A stretch of DNA of 64,000 nt from Candidatus Gastranaerophilaceae bacterium (lineage in GTDB: Bacteria; Cyanobacteriota; Vampirovibrionia; Gastranaerophilales; Gastranaerophilaceae): NCBI GenBank assembly GCA_051874955.1, contig JBJEGJ010000055.1, positions 127,094-191,093 on the forward strand. The letters run 5' to 3'. Below the pieces are notes generated by a model, which saw only the letters and a program-made list of their open reading frames with translations, made no database searches and had not been told where the DNA came from. Shown here one piece after another: positions 9,046 through 18,165 of the stretch. How positions within the stretch are numbered: position 1 is the stretch's first letter; each line of letters begins with the position of its first letter. Made by a program: the position numbers and the translations under genes.

Positions 9046-9597
9046 TTACAAAACGGCTTTAATTGCAAGTAAAATTAGAATTAATCCTCCGGAGATTTCC
9101 AAATATTTTGATGGGAGATTTTTAATAAAATTCCCAAGCCAAAATCCGCCAATTGCCATTAAGAATGAGCTAATCCCGATTATGGCGCAGGCAAAAGAAA
9201 TATTTGTTTGAGTTAAACGTATGGTCGCACCGGAAACCAAAGCATCAATACTTGTTGCTACACCAAGTCCGATGAGGCATTTCCAGCCAATGCAGTATAT
9301 TTCTTCTTCTTTTGGTTGGAATGCTTCAAATATAAACTTCATTCCCAAAGCTAAAAAGATTGTAAAAACTATCCATTTGCTGTATGGAACAAGCAATTTA
9401 TAAAGATAATCTGCACCAATATATCCTATTATTGGCATTAGTCCTTGGAATAAACCCATTGTAATTGCTAAGTTTAAGGAATTTTTTAGCCTGTTATGTT
9501 TGAATATCAATCCTTGCGAGAATGATACAATAAAACAATCAATACCGAGTGCAACCGCAAGCATTATTAAATCAATTAATTCCAATTTCCACCTCAA
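9046..9597 (-). CDS. mntP: Manganese efflux pump MntP family
   Basis: Duplicated halves each carry an xxDxF/xxDA motif (ALGIDCFIVSFS and ATSIDALVSGA), with about 6 TM segments. An alternative start lies at 9564. Confidence 0.8.
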   Translation of the reverse strand: MRWKLELIDLIMLAVALGIDCFIVSFSQGLIFKHNRLKNSLNLAITMGLFQGLMPIIGYIGADYLYKLLVPYSKWIVFTIFLALGMKFIFEAFQPKEEEIYCIGWKCLIGLGVATSIDALVSGATIRLTQTNISFACAIIGISSFLMAIGGFWLGNFIKNLPSKYLEISGGLILILLAIKAVL

Positions 9598-10915
9598 ATA
9601 ATCTGTTCCAAGGATAACTGTAATTTGCGTTTATTTTGGTTTTTAAAATATTATCTGTTTGCTTTTTGAAATATTCCATTTCTTCGGATAATATTTTTAT
9701 ATCAGGGGTTTTTAGTTTTTGGCGTATATTTGCTTGATATGCCCAATCATCTAAAAACCGTACGGCTTCTAAATTTTTGAAAGCCTTTTCATTATAGTTT
9801 TCGGCGAAAAATTTAACTTTTGCTGCACAAATAAGACTTCCGAGAGTATTTGCTGTGGTATTCCAACCCGAATACCCGAAGAAATTTTTATCTTGAATTT
9901 CGTTTTCAAACAACTTTGAAACAAAGTCGTTATCCGCCCCGTTTGCAAATCTTACATCCGCAATCATATATGGTTTATCGGGAGTTACAAATTTTCCGTT
10001 AAAATTTTCTGTCATTATATTCATAACAATTTCTCCCTGATGTTTCTTGAAATTGTTTATATAAAGTAGAATATCTGCATTTTCAGCTTCGCAAACAGTA
10101 CAATTTGCCAGTTCAATTTGATTTTTTACGGAATTTTCAACAGATATATCTTCGTAATTTGATATTAAATTTTTGTAATCAGGTTCTAAAAATATCGCAC
10201 AAATTTTCACATTTCCATTTATAGCGCGAGCAAAAAGTGTCAGCGGAATTTCATCCGCACCTGTTTTTGTAGTTGCTCCGAGTTTTTCAAGCGCTTGTGC
10301 TTCTTGCACATTGAAACCGTATTGTGCACAATCATCTTTGGAAAAAATTAACGTATCGAACAAACCTTCTTTTTGCCATTGTAGATATATTTTGTTTATT
10401 TCAAAATTTCTTTTTCTGGTTATTAAATAATCGTCTAAAATTTCTGACGGGATGATGTTTGCAATACAGCTTTCGCATCCTGTTTTGTGTGATTGGTATG
10501 AGTAATCAAAAATTTTCTTTCCCCATTTTGACCAGTATTCTTTTTCTTCTTCATTGTAATTGTTGTTTGAAATTCTCATTATGCTTGAAAACGCAAAAAT
10601 CTTACTGTTTTTTTCAATGAGAATTTTTTTGAGTTTTTCAATTTTTTCTTTTATTTGTTCAAAAGTTTCGGGGCATCTTCGAGAAGGTATTAAGCCGCCG
10701 TAAGCTAATGTATCAAGCGATAAAATGAGTGCATCCTGCGTCGGCAGTGCTTCCAGCCATTTGAACAGATTGTTTGTATCAGCAGGTTTTGTCAAATCTC
10801 CGAGATATTCACGCGGAGGAATTGAAAATTCAATATTTGTATCTATATTTGCAATCATTTGGGCAAGTGAATAGCAAACAGGTCTGTTATCAATAGGTAT
10901 AAAAGCAATTCTCAT
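9572..10915 (-). CDS. DUF4127-family protein
   Basis: 447 aa. The N-terminus MRIAFIPIDNRPVC is characteristic of that family as I recall it. Function unknown. Confidence 0.6.
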   Translation of the reverse strand: MRIAFIPIDNRPVCYSLAQMIANIDTNIEFSIPPREYLGDLTKPADTNNLFKWLEALPTQDALILSLDTLAYGGLIPSRRCPETFEQIKEKIEKLKKILIEKNSKIFAFSSIMRISNNNYNEEEKEYWSKWGKKIFDYSYQSHKTGCESCIANIIPSEILDDYLITRKRNFEINKIYLQWQKEGLFDTLIFSKDDCAQYGFNVQEAQALEKLGATTKTGADEIPLTLFARAINGNVKICAIFLEPDYKNLISNYEDISVENSVKNQIELANCTVCEAENADILLYINNFKKHQGEIVMNIMTENFNGKFVTPDKPYMIADVRFANGADNDFVSKLFENEIQDKNFFGYSGWNTTANTLGSLICAAKVKFFAENYNEKAFKNLEAVRFLDDWAYQANIRQKLKTPDIKILSEEMEYFKKQTDNILKTKINANYSYPWNRLFEVEIGIN

Positions 10916-10926
10916 ATTTTTATTGT

Positions 10927-11631
10927 ATGCTAAAATTGTGTTTGGGCAAAAGGTTTACAATTATGAAATGTGACAAAAATCCTAAAAAAATTCAAAGTAT
11001 GTTTGATGAAATCTCATCCGGTTATGATTTTATGAATAATTTTATTTCATTGGGAACTCATTTTGTCATAAAATTCATTACGGTTTTGGACTTGAAAATA
11101 AAACACAATGCAAATATTCTTGACCTGTGTTGCGGAACGGGTGATTTTACAAAAATTATTTCCAAAATTAGACCTGATGCAAAGGTTATTGGTTTAGATT
11201 TTTCTAAAAATATGATAAAACTTGCAAAAACAAAAAATCCGAACGGCGTATTTATACAGGGTGATTGTACGGATATGCCTTTCAAAAATGATGAATTTGA
11301 TTATATTACAATGGGTTTTGGCTTGCGAAATATCGAAAACAGAGAGGTTGCAATCGAGCAAATTTATCGTGTTTTAAAACAAGGCGGGTATTTTTTACAT
11401 TTGGATTTCGGTAGACAGGCATGTTTAAGTAAATTTTTTGATTTTATTGTTTTATTTTGGGCAAAAATTTTCAAAAAAAAACTTGAGCATTATAAATATT
11501 TACTCGCTTCAAAAAATACTTTCCCTGAGCCCAAAGTGTTAATTTGGGAATTTAGCAGCGTCGGATTTAAATTGAGCAGCAGGCATGATTTTTTGTTTGG
11601 TATAATTTCAGCTCAGATTTTAAAAAAATAA
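10927..11631 (+). CDS. Class I SAM-dependent methyltransferase, UbiE/MenG-like
   Basis: FDEISSGYDFMNN and the SAM motif ILDLCCGTGD. The likely true start is the ATG at 10963. Confidence 0.8.
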   Translation: MLKLCLGKRFTIMKCDKNPKKIQSMFDEISSGYDFMNNFISLGTHFVIKFITVLDLKIKHNANILDLCCGTGDFTKIISKIRPDAKVIGLDFSKNMIKLAKTKNPNGVFIQGDCTDMPFKNDEFDYITMGFGLRNIENREVAIEQIYRVLKQGGYFLHLDFGRQACLSKFFDFIVLFWAKIFKKKLEHYKYLLASKNTFPEPKVLIWEFSSVGFKLSSRHDFLFGIISAQILKK

Positions 11632-11637
11632 TAAAAT

Positions 11638-12660
11638 TTAAACAACCCGATAGCTTTTCCCTCCGGTTAAGAAATCGCCAAGTCCTTTAAATGTTGTCTC
11701 AAGTATAAAATCGACAGCTTCCTGTGTATCATAAGCAATGTGCGGGGTCAGGATTACGTTTGGTAATTTCGCAAGTTCTTTGACAGCAGGCGAGGTTTCC
11801 AGACAACTTACCGAAGATTTATCGTATTCATCGTTTGGGCATTCTTCGTTTTTGCAGGCAACAACATCAAGCGCAATTCCTTTAAATTTTCCTGCTTTTG
11901 CAAATTCTAAAAGTGCATCTGTATTAATAAGCTCCCCTCTTGATACGTTGATAAAATATGAGCCGTTTTTCATCATTTTGAATTGTTCATATCCAATCAT
12001 TTGATAATTTTCTTTTGTGTAAGGGGCGTGCAAACTCACGATATCCGAATTTTTTAACAGAGTATCCAAATCCGTATATTCTACGTTGCAAGATGAGATT
12101 AAATCTTGATTATGCCGTATATCGCAGGCTAATACCCTCATCCCAAAACAGTTCGCGGCACGGCAAACTCCGCTGCCTATCACTCCCGTACCTATTACCC
12201 CAAGTGTCATTGTGTTAATATTTCTTCCCGTAAAATCAGCTCCTTCATAATCTGTCGGAGTTTGTGCATTTATAATGATGTTAATTTTTCTGACAAGCAT
12301 TAAAAGAAGCATAAATGTAAATTGCGCGACAGCGCTGTCACCGTAAGAATCAACATTGATTAATGCAACATTTTTGTTGATACAGGAATTTATGTCAATG
12401 TGGTCGTAACCGCTTGAACGCGTTGTTATTACCCGCAGATTTTTAAACTTGTTGATGATGTTTTCGTTTATTACTGATGTTATAAAAATGCTTATAATTA
12501 TGGTGTTTTCAATATCTTCCTCCGAAAGGTTGTTAAATGTTTCTTCGTTTAAACTTTCTTTGAAAAATTTGATATTATAGTTTGAAAAATCGTGTTTGTT
12601 AAAAAAATCTTTTTCGGATTCCCGATAGTCAAAAAATAGCATCTTACAAGACATATACAA
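11638..12660 (-). CDS. D-isomer-specific 2-hydroxyacid dehydrogenase family protein
   Basis: NAD-binding GVIGTGVIGSG and the catalytic region VSRGELI ... TPHIAY. Confidence 0.85.
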   Translation of the reverse strand: MYMSCKMLFFDYRESEKDFFNKHDFSNYNIKFFKESLNEETFNNLSEEDIENTIIISIFITSVINENIINKFKNLRVITTRSSGYDHIDINSCINKNVALINVDSYGDSAVAQFTFMLLLMLVRKINIIINAQTPTDYEGADFTGRNINTMTLGVIGTGVIGSGVCRAANCFGMRVLACDIRHNQDLISSCNVEYTDLDTLLKNSDIVSLHAPYTKENYQMIGYEQFKMMKNGSYFINVSRGELINTDALLEFAKAGKFKGIALDVVACKNEECPNDEYDKSSVSCLETSPAVKELAKLPNVILTPHIAYDTQEAVDFILETTFKGLGDFLTGGKSYRVV

Positions 12661-12804
12661 CTCCTTTTTTTTGATTATTTATTCTTAACGATAAAAAACT
12701 ATTGTCTTAAAGTCTAAATTATTGAAATTTAAAAAATTACCTAAAAATCTAATGTGAACGGGTAAAAAAACATGTAAACTCGATTATGAAAGGAGTAAAA
12801 AATT

Positions 12805-13290
12805 ATGAGTCGTGAATTGATTGTACGAGAACCGGAATTGTATTTTGACAGTATCCATCAGGAACTGGATAATTTTCTGCGGGATACCTTTTTCTCACAC
12901 ACTTTCGGGCATCCTCTTAACATAATAAAGAATGTTACATTAAGACCGGCAATTGAGGTTATACAAAACAAGGAAAACTACAAGGTAAAAGTCCAATTGC
13001 CGGGTATTAAGAAAGATAATATAGATGTGGAAATTGATAACGATTTTATGACAATAACCGCAGAAACTCATGAAGAAAAAGAAGAAAAACAAGAAACGGA
13101 GCATAATGCGCGTTATCACACGTCAGAATTCAGATATGGTAAATATCAAAGGACAATATCGTTTGACCAGCCAATAAAAGCCGAAGAAGCCGATGCCAAG
13201 TATAAAGACGGTATTTTAACCGTAACTATACCTAAACAAAAGGTTGAAGACTCAAAACCTAAAAAATTAGCAATAAAAACTCAAGAATAA
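12805..13290 (+). CDS. Hsp20/alpha-crystallin small heat-shock protein
   Basis: Alpha-crystallin domain (YKVKVQLPGIKKDNIDVEIDNDFMTITAE ... GILTVTIPK). Confidence 0.9.
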   Translation: MSRELIVREPELYFDSIHQELDNFLRDTFFSHTFGHPLNIIKNVTLRPAIEVIQNKENYKVKVQLPGIKKDNIDVEIDNDFMTITAETHEEKEEKQETEHNARYHTSEFRYGKYQRTISFDQPIKAEEADAKYKDGILTVTIPKQKVEDSKPKKLAIKTQE

Positions 13291-13299
13291 TTTTGTATT

Positions 13300-13505
13300 C
13301 CCTGCCAAGTTAACCCCGGAGATTACGGGGCATGCAACACAAGCGGAAAGTGAATACAAAACGGCTGCAAGTCGGTCAGCATGACCCGACAACCTTGTGT
13401 CAAGGAAAAGCAGCTTGCAACAAAGGGGCGGAAAGTGTATATACTCTGCCTCTTTGTCTTGTTAATTATACCTGTTCGGGCATGCCCGACTGTCGGATTT
13501 TTAAA
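13300..13505 (+). ncRNA. Candidate structured RNA of unknown class (strand tentative)
   Basis: Locally G+C-rich in an AT-rich genome. Nested helices include CCCCG/CGGGG, GCTGC...GCAGC enclosing GTCGG/CCGAC and CCTT/AAGG, and a 12-bp ACAAAGGGGCGG/CTGCCTCTTTGT stem. GCGGAAAGTG occurs twice. The region ends in a short hairpin plus ATTTTT. Confidence 0.35.
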
Positions 13506-13689
13506 ATATTTTACAAAACTTAATGTCGGATAAATCCATGTATAACCATGATATACCATGCTTTTGCACCGAGTAAAAAATCTAAAACCATGATATATCA
13601 TGGTTTTGCCCTGATAAGAAAATGAAAATCCGCAATACAGCACGGGTAGCGGGTTACGTTACAAAACTTCATAAGAACATGTTTTGACC

Positions 13690-13717
13690 TTGAAAAAAAA
13701 AACTTATTTTCTATAAT
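13690..13717 (+). promoter_or_regulatory. Sigma-70-type promoter upstream of the small Cys-protein gene
   Basis: TTGAAA (13690-13695), a 16-nt spacer, then TATAAT (13712-13717). Confidence 0.5.
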
Positions 13718-13828
13718 GAGTATATGAAGTCGGAAGACATTGATATGAACGGCTTTAGGGGAGATAAGAGCGGATATCTTTCGGATATCGTTCGTGATAG
13801 TTTGACAGAATAAGTGGAGATTATATAA

Positions 13829-14050
13829 TTGTTTAGAAGTAGGGATATGGGTAGAGCAGTAGCAGTCAGACGTTGGACTACAACTGCACTTGAATGTTAT
13901 AAAAGAGGATGCAATTGTGAAGGATGTTTCTATAGAGACTTTTTTAGCGGCTCCTCTCAAAAATGCCAAATGAAAGCATCTGTTTTAGAATTGGTGAGAG
14001 TTATCGGAACTCCTGATGTTGAATTGCCTCAATTTTTAGCTGATGAATAA
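13829..14050 (+). CDS. Small five-Cys protein, paralogue of 1601..1831
   Basis: Contains RWTTTALECYKRGCNCEGC...CQM...VIGTP. The start is TTG 13829 (GGAG 11 nt upstream) or ATG 13847. Confidence 0.6.
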   Translation: MFRSRDMGRAVAVRRWTTTALECYKRGCNCEGCFYRDFFSGSSQKCQMKASVLELVRVIGTPDVELPQFLADE

Positions 14051-14122
14051 TAAAAAGACACTTTAAAAATTCATCAAAGTGTGTTATACTGACAAAGCAG
14101 TATTTAGAAATTGGAGGTTTAA

Positions 14123-14503
14123 ATGCACATACACGTAAACGGACGCAACATTGAGATTACAGAAGCAATTAAGGCTTATGTTAAGGAAAAAATCGGTAAA
14201 GTAGCAACAAAATACGACCAAATTCAAGGTATTGATGTTGTATTATCGGTAATTAAAAATCCGGCTGCAGAAGGAAAACACATCGCGGAAGTTATTTGTA
14301 AGACAAATTCCGGTTCAATTCGTTGTGAAGAAGCGGCTGAATCTATGTATGCAAGTATTGATTTGTTGGCTGACAAATTGTCAAGACAAATTACTAAGTT
14401 GAAAGACAAAAATATTTCTTCTGATAAGGCTTCAATCCGTACGGATATCAAAGAAGAAGTTGAAGATGAAGAAGTAGTTGAAGTTAAAGCTATTGAAGAC
14501 TAA
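14123..14503 (+). CDS. hpf: Ribosome hibernation promoting factor / RaiA family (short form with acidic tail)
   Basis: MHIHVNGRNIEITEAIKAYVKEKIGK... is typical of the sigma-54 modulation/S30EA family. A GGAGG RBS is present. Confidence 0.88.
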   Translation: MHIHVNGRNIEITEAIKAYVKEKIGKVATKYDQIQGIDVVLSVIKNPAAEGKHIAEVICKTNSGSIRCEEAAESMYASIDLLADKLSRQITKLKDKNISSDKASIRTDIKEEVEDEEVVEVKAIED

Positions 14504-14533
14504 TATAGTATTTTTAAATTAAATCGATAATTT

Positions 14534-14563
14534 AGCCGCTTACTTAATTGTAAGCGGCTTTTT
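14534..14563. terminator. Bidirectional rho-independent terminator
   Basis: AGCCGCTTAC/GTAAGCGGCT 10-bp stem with loop TTAATT, then TTTT. It lies between convergent hpf and the SDR gene. Confidence 0.8.
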
Positions 14564-14582
14564 CATTATCTCATGATTTACT

Positions 14583-15290
14583 CTAAATTCCTACAGATAA
14601 TCCGGCACAAAGATTTACGGATTGCCCTGTTATGCCTTTGGCGTCTTCGGATATTAAGTATTTAACCAATCCCGCAACCTCGTTTGGTGATACAAATCTT
14701 TTTTGAGGGATACATTCAAGAATTTCATCTTGGGTAAATTCGCTGTCTTCTATGGAATTTTTACCTAATTCCGTATCAACCCAGCCCGGATTGATTGTGT
14801 TAACGGTAATTCCGTATTGCGCAAGTTCCAAAGCTGTAGCCTTTGTAAAACCTATAAGTCCTGCTTTTGAGGCCGAATAAAGACTGGCATAAGCCTCTCC
14901 CATGACGCCTGAAATTGAGCCAATGTTTATTATGCGTCCAAAATTTTGATTTTTCATATACGGTACGGCACGATTAGCTAAATAAATTGGTGCTTTTAAG
15001 TCTACCGACAGAATATGATTTAACTCGGGTAATTTTACCTCATCAATTCCGCAGTATATATATTCTCCGGCATTGTTCACCAATACGTCAATTTGTTTTT
15101 CTTCAATAAAGTCACCGAGTTTTTGCAGTTCTTTTTCATTTGCCAAATCGCACAAAAAATATCCTGCACAATTTATTTCTTTGAGAGCTTTTTCATTTCT
15201 TGCCGTAATATAAATATTGCCATAATTGTCCAGACTTTGTGCAATTGCTTTGCCGATACCTTTTGACGCGCCTGTTACCAATATATTCAT
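14583..15290 (-). CDS. Short-chain dehydrogenase/reductase (FabG-like)
   Basis: TGASKGIG cofactor motif, NNAG, and the catalytic YSASK. Confidence 0.88.
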   Translation of the reverse strand: MNILVTGASKGIGKAIAQSLDNYGNIYITARNEKALKEINCAGYFLCDLANEKELQKLGDFIEEKQIDVLVNNAGEYIYCGIDEVKLPELNHILSVDLKAPIYLANRAVPYMKNQNFGRIINIGSISGVMGEAYASLYSASKAGLIGFTKATALELAQYGITVNTINPGWVDTELGKNSIEDSEFTQDEILECIPQKRFVSPNEVAGLVKYLISEDAKGITGQSVNLCAGLSVGI

Positions 15291-15338
15291 AAAAATTCCC
15301 GTTTTAAAAACCCCGCTTTGGCTGCGAGGTTTTTTTAA

Positions 15339-15563
15339 TTATTTTACTATACCGAAACCGATTAAGAACGCGCATATTATAAATACTGCGCAAACAATAC
15401 CGGTCAGTTTGTTCAATCCTTTTTCTGCCGATTTTTGGGAGGCAAATACATGTGATGCTCCGCCTATTCCCGCGATGCCGTCCCCTTTTGGGGAATGTAA
15501 AAGTATAAGAATAATTAGCAAAATTGCCGAAAGGGTTTCTACACCCCATAATATACTTACCAT
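15339..15563 (-). CDS. secG: Preprotein translocase subunit SecG
   Basis: 74 aa with two TM segments and the hallmark LLHSPKGDGIAGIGG loop. Confidence 0.85.
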   Translation of the reverse strand: MVSILWGVETLSAILLIILILLHSPKGDGIAGIGGASHVFASQKSAEKGLNKLTGIVCAVFIICAFLIGFGIVK

Positions 15564-16243
15564 TATTTAGTTTTCTCCTTTTTGATAAAATGTGCTCGTT
15601 TTGAATTTAACTCAATATTTTCAAAAGTATATAGCCTTGCCGGACGTTTTGAGGATGATTTTGTATATTCTTCAAGTTCAATAAGTCCGCTTGTCGCAAG
15701 GGCTTTTTTTCTAAAATTACGCTTATCCAATTTCTTTTCCATAATAAGTTCATAGGATTTTTGCATTTCTGTTAATGTGAATTTTTCAGGCAGAAGTTGG
15801 TATGCTACAGGGCACAACTCAAGCCTTTCACGTGTTCTTTTAAGTGAATATTGGATAATTTCCTTGTGGTCGAACGCTAATGCCGGTAAATCATTAACCT
15901 TATGCCACCCAAGTTCCGGAGTTGAAACGATTTTAATATCTTCCGAACGCACAAGCGCAAAGTATGCACAGGTAATGACACGCGCGTTAGGGTGACGAAG
16001 CGGGTCACCAAATGTATATAGTTGTTCAAGGTAGATGTTATCAACGTCAGTTTTTTCTTTTAGTACCCTCAAAGCTGCTTCATCAAGGTTTTCCGACAAT
16101 TTTACATAACCGCCGGGTATTGCCCATTTGCCTTTGAACGGCTCAGTTGTACGTTTTACAAGCAATACATGAATATTATTATTTTTTATTGTCAAAATTA
16201 CTACGTCGACTGTGATTTCATGTGTTTTTGTTACGCTGAACAT
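15563..16243 (-). CDS. NrtR-like regulator: Nudix domain fused to a C-terminal winged-helix domain
   Basis: Nudix-like core (GKWAIPGGYV...EAALRVLKEKT) plus a C-terminal wHTH segment (FTLTEMQKSYELIMEKKLDKRNFRKK). The track start at 16306 is a TTG, so I use the ATG at 16243. Confidence 0.65.
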   Translation of the reverse strand: MFSVTKTHEITVDVVILTIKNNNIHVLLVKRTTEPFKGKWAIPGGYVKLSENLDEAALRVLKEKTDVDNIYLEQLYTFGDPLRHPNARVITCAYFALVRSEDIKIVSTPELGWHKVNDLPALAFDHKEIIQYSLKRTRERLELCPVAYQLLPEKFTLTEMQKSYELIMEKKLDKRNFRKKALATSGLIELEEYTKSSSKRPARLYTFENIELNSKRAHFIKKEKTK

Positions 16244-16405
16244 TCTTATAACCCTATATCCTACTACTATATTTATATAATAAACATAATCGATACCATT
16301 AATCAAACTGTTAAAATATTTAATATTTGTTTACAATTCGGAGGAAATTATGCAATTTTTATATACATTTTACCTTTATATTAATACAGGGGATATAAGA
16401 GAAAA

Positions 16406-17164
16406 ATGACAGCAACACAAAACTACGCAAATTATTCTATACCGACATTTTTTGGGGCTTATACAACATATAGCTCGTTAGATTCTGCAGCTTTTGCAAC
16501 TCGGGTAAATGCGGCAAATTATTCTATGCCATTACCAATTTGTATGCCTTCGGCAGGCTATTCTGTTTCTGCAGGAACAAGTTATGTTGATTATTGTTAT
16601 AATTTTTTATGCAGTATATCTTCTCAATTTCAATATAATTTTACGCCGCCTGTTGTATCGAGTAGTGCTAAAAGCAAATCATATTCAAATCCGTTTTCGA
16701 ACGGACCGTTATCAACAACCGAATATCAAGGTTTAAATAATTATGATCCTGCAAATTCTAAAATTAAACCGGGATTACTCAAAGGTAATTTAGTCGGAAA
16801 AGAAGCTGTAATCACTCAACTTTGTCAAAAATACAATGTTGATGTTGCTCTTGTTGTTACAATAATCGGACAAGAATCAGGATTTGGTACAAGTAATCTG
16901 GCTCAACACAATAATTTTATGGGATATCGTAAAGAAGGAGATTTAGGCAAAAGTGCAAAAGGATTCGGTTATTTTTCTACTCCGGAAAAAGGTCTGGAAG
17001 CGGCTATAAGAAACCTTTCAAAATACCCTGAAAGATATGCTTCTGTCAAAAAAGCCGATATGAATAATATTGATGCTATTGCTAAAATTTATTGCGAAGG
17101 CGACGCATATGCTTCTGCCATAAAAAAATTATATAATACAACAGTCAGCAGTTACTTAGCTTAG
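16406..17164 (+). CDS. FlgJ/LytD-type N-acetylglucosaminidase domain protein with a Y/S/N-rich N-terminal region
   Basis: The C-terminal half (IIGQESGFGTSNLAQHNNFMGYR) matches the mannosyl-glycoprotein endo-beta-N-acetylglucosaminidase fold motif. No signal peptide is evident. Confidence 0.7.
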   Translation: MTATQNYANYSIPTFFGAYTTYSSLDSAAFATRVNAANYSMPLPICMPSAGYSVSAGTSYVDYCYNFLCSISSQFQYNFTPPVVSSSAKSKSYSNPFSNGPLSTTEYQGLNNYDPANSKIKPGLLKGNLVGKEAVITQLCQKYNVDVALVVTIIGQESGFGTSNLAQHNNFMGYRKEGDLGKSAKGFGYFSTPEKGLEAAIRNLSKYPERYASVKKADMNNIDAIAKIYCEGDAYASAIKKLYNTTVSSYLA

Positions 17165-17261
17165 CCAAATTAATATTTAATTACAAAAAGTACATAATTT
17201 CTTGAAGTCTGTAATTGTTTCGTGTACCTTATCTATGTAAGGAATTTTTGGAAAGGGAAAA

Positions 17262-18155
17262 ATGGATAAGGGATATATAGAGAATGGTTTTATCATTGAT
17301 TTAACCAATACAAAGAAGACATCTGAAATTATCTATGAACTTTCAAGAGTTTTAGAAATGCCGGAAGCAAAAGGCAAACATATTTGTTTAAAACTGGGTT
17401 CTGTTGCGCTGTCACAGGCTGAACTTACCAGTATAAAGGCTTTGGTTGAACTTATGGAATCTACTTTGGCATTTATCAGTACAAGTTCGACGGATACGCT
17501 AGAATCGGCAACGGCTCTTGATATTAAGATTTCAGAATTTACAAATGAAGTAGAAGCACCGAGTTTTGATGCGGTTGAACCGACACCGGAAGTTTCAAGT
17601 GCTTTGGATAATATATTTGGTGAAGAAACAACTGCAGAAAATTCAGAAGATGTAATTTCTACTGAGGTTGTTGAGCCTTCGGAAAATACCGATAAACCGG
17701 AAGTGCATGAGATTATTCAACATAATGACAGTGCTATACAGGTTTCAGTAAATCAAGATGACAGTGAAGATGTTGTTTTGAAAAAATCTGAGGCGGAAAA
17801 ACTTCCGACATTGTATTTAAGAAAAACTGTTCGTTCAGGACAGAGTATATCATCAGATGGTAATATTATCGTTATAGGTGATGTAAATCCGGGTGCGGAA
17901 ATTATTGCAAAAGGTGATATTACTGTATGGGGCATTTTAGGCGGTATTGCGCATGCAGGTTCAAACGGTAATGAATATGCAAGGATTAGAGCCTTAAAAT
18001 TAAATCCTGTTCAAATAAGAATTGCGGATGTTTTTGCAAGAAGACCTGATACGATTAACTTGCCATACATTCAAAAATCAAGTGAATACATTCCTGAAGA
18101 AGCCTATGCTTATAAAGGAAGTATTGTAATAAGAAAATTTCATGAAGATAATTAA
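17262..18155 (+). CDS. minC: Septum site-determining protein MinC (extended acidic linker)
   Basis: C-terminal beta-helix motif (RSGQSISSDGNIIVIGDVNPGAEIIAKGDITVWG). It lies upstream of minD-minE. Confidence 0.85.
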   Translation: MDKGYIENGFIIDLTNTKKTSEIIYELSRVLEMPEAKGKHICLKLGSVALSQAELTSIKALVELMESTLAFISTSSTDTLESATALDIKISEFTNEVEAPSFDAVEPTPEVSSALDNIFGEETTAENSEDVISTEVVEPSENTDKPEVHEIIQHNDSAIQVSVNQDDSEDVVLKKSEAEKLPTLYLRKTVRSGQSISSDGNIIVIGDVNPGAEIIAKGDITVWGILGGIAHAGSNGNEYARIRALKLNPVQIRIADVFARRPDTINLPYIQKSSEYIPEEAYAYKGSIVIRKFHEDN

Positions 18156-18165
18156 GGAGATATAA

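Noticed and set aside
12661-12804. CIRCE or sigma-32-type heat-shock control element upstream of hsp20
   Set aside because: There is no TTAGCACTC-N9-GAGTGCTAA inverted repeat. There is also no convincing CTTGAAA...CCCCAT pair, only AT-rich sequence with weak partial matches.
13300-13505. Identifying the structured region as RNase P RNA, tmRNA or SRP RNA
   Set aside because: I found no GAGGAAAGUCC or ACAGAA..GGCUUA RNase P blocks. There is no tRNA-like GGUUCGA..CCACCA 3' end or tag ORF for tmRNA. The AAGGAAAAGCAGC segment only loosely resembles the SRP domain IV GGAAGCAGC, and it lacks the GNRA-capped helix. The class is left open.
13323-13969. Track ORFs 13323..13643 (-), 13332..13523 (+) and 13598..13969 (-) as genes
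   Set aside because: They overlap one another in a structured region. They are Cys/Phe/Tyr/His-rich with odd composition and have no RBS. 13598..13969 is antisense to the promoter and start of the conserved Cys-protein gene.
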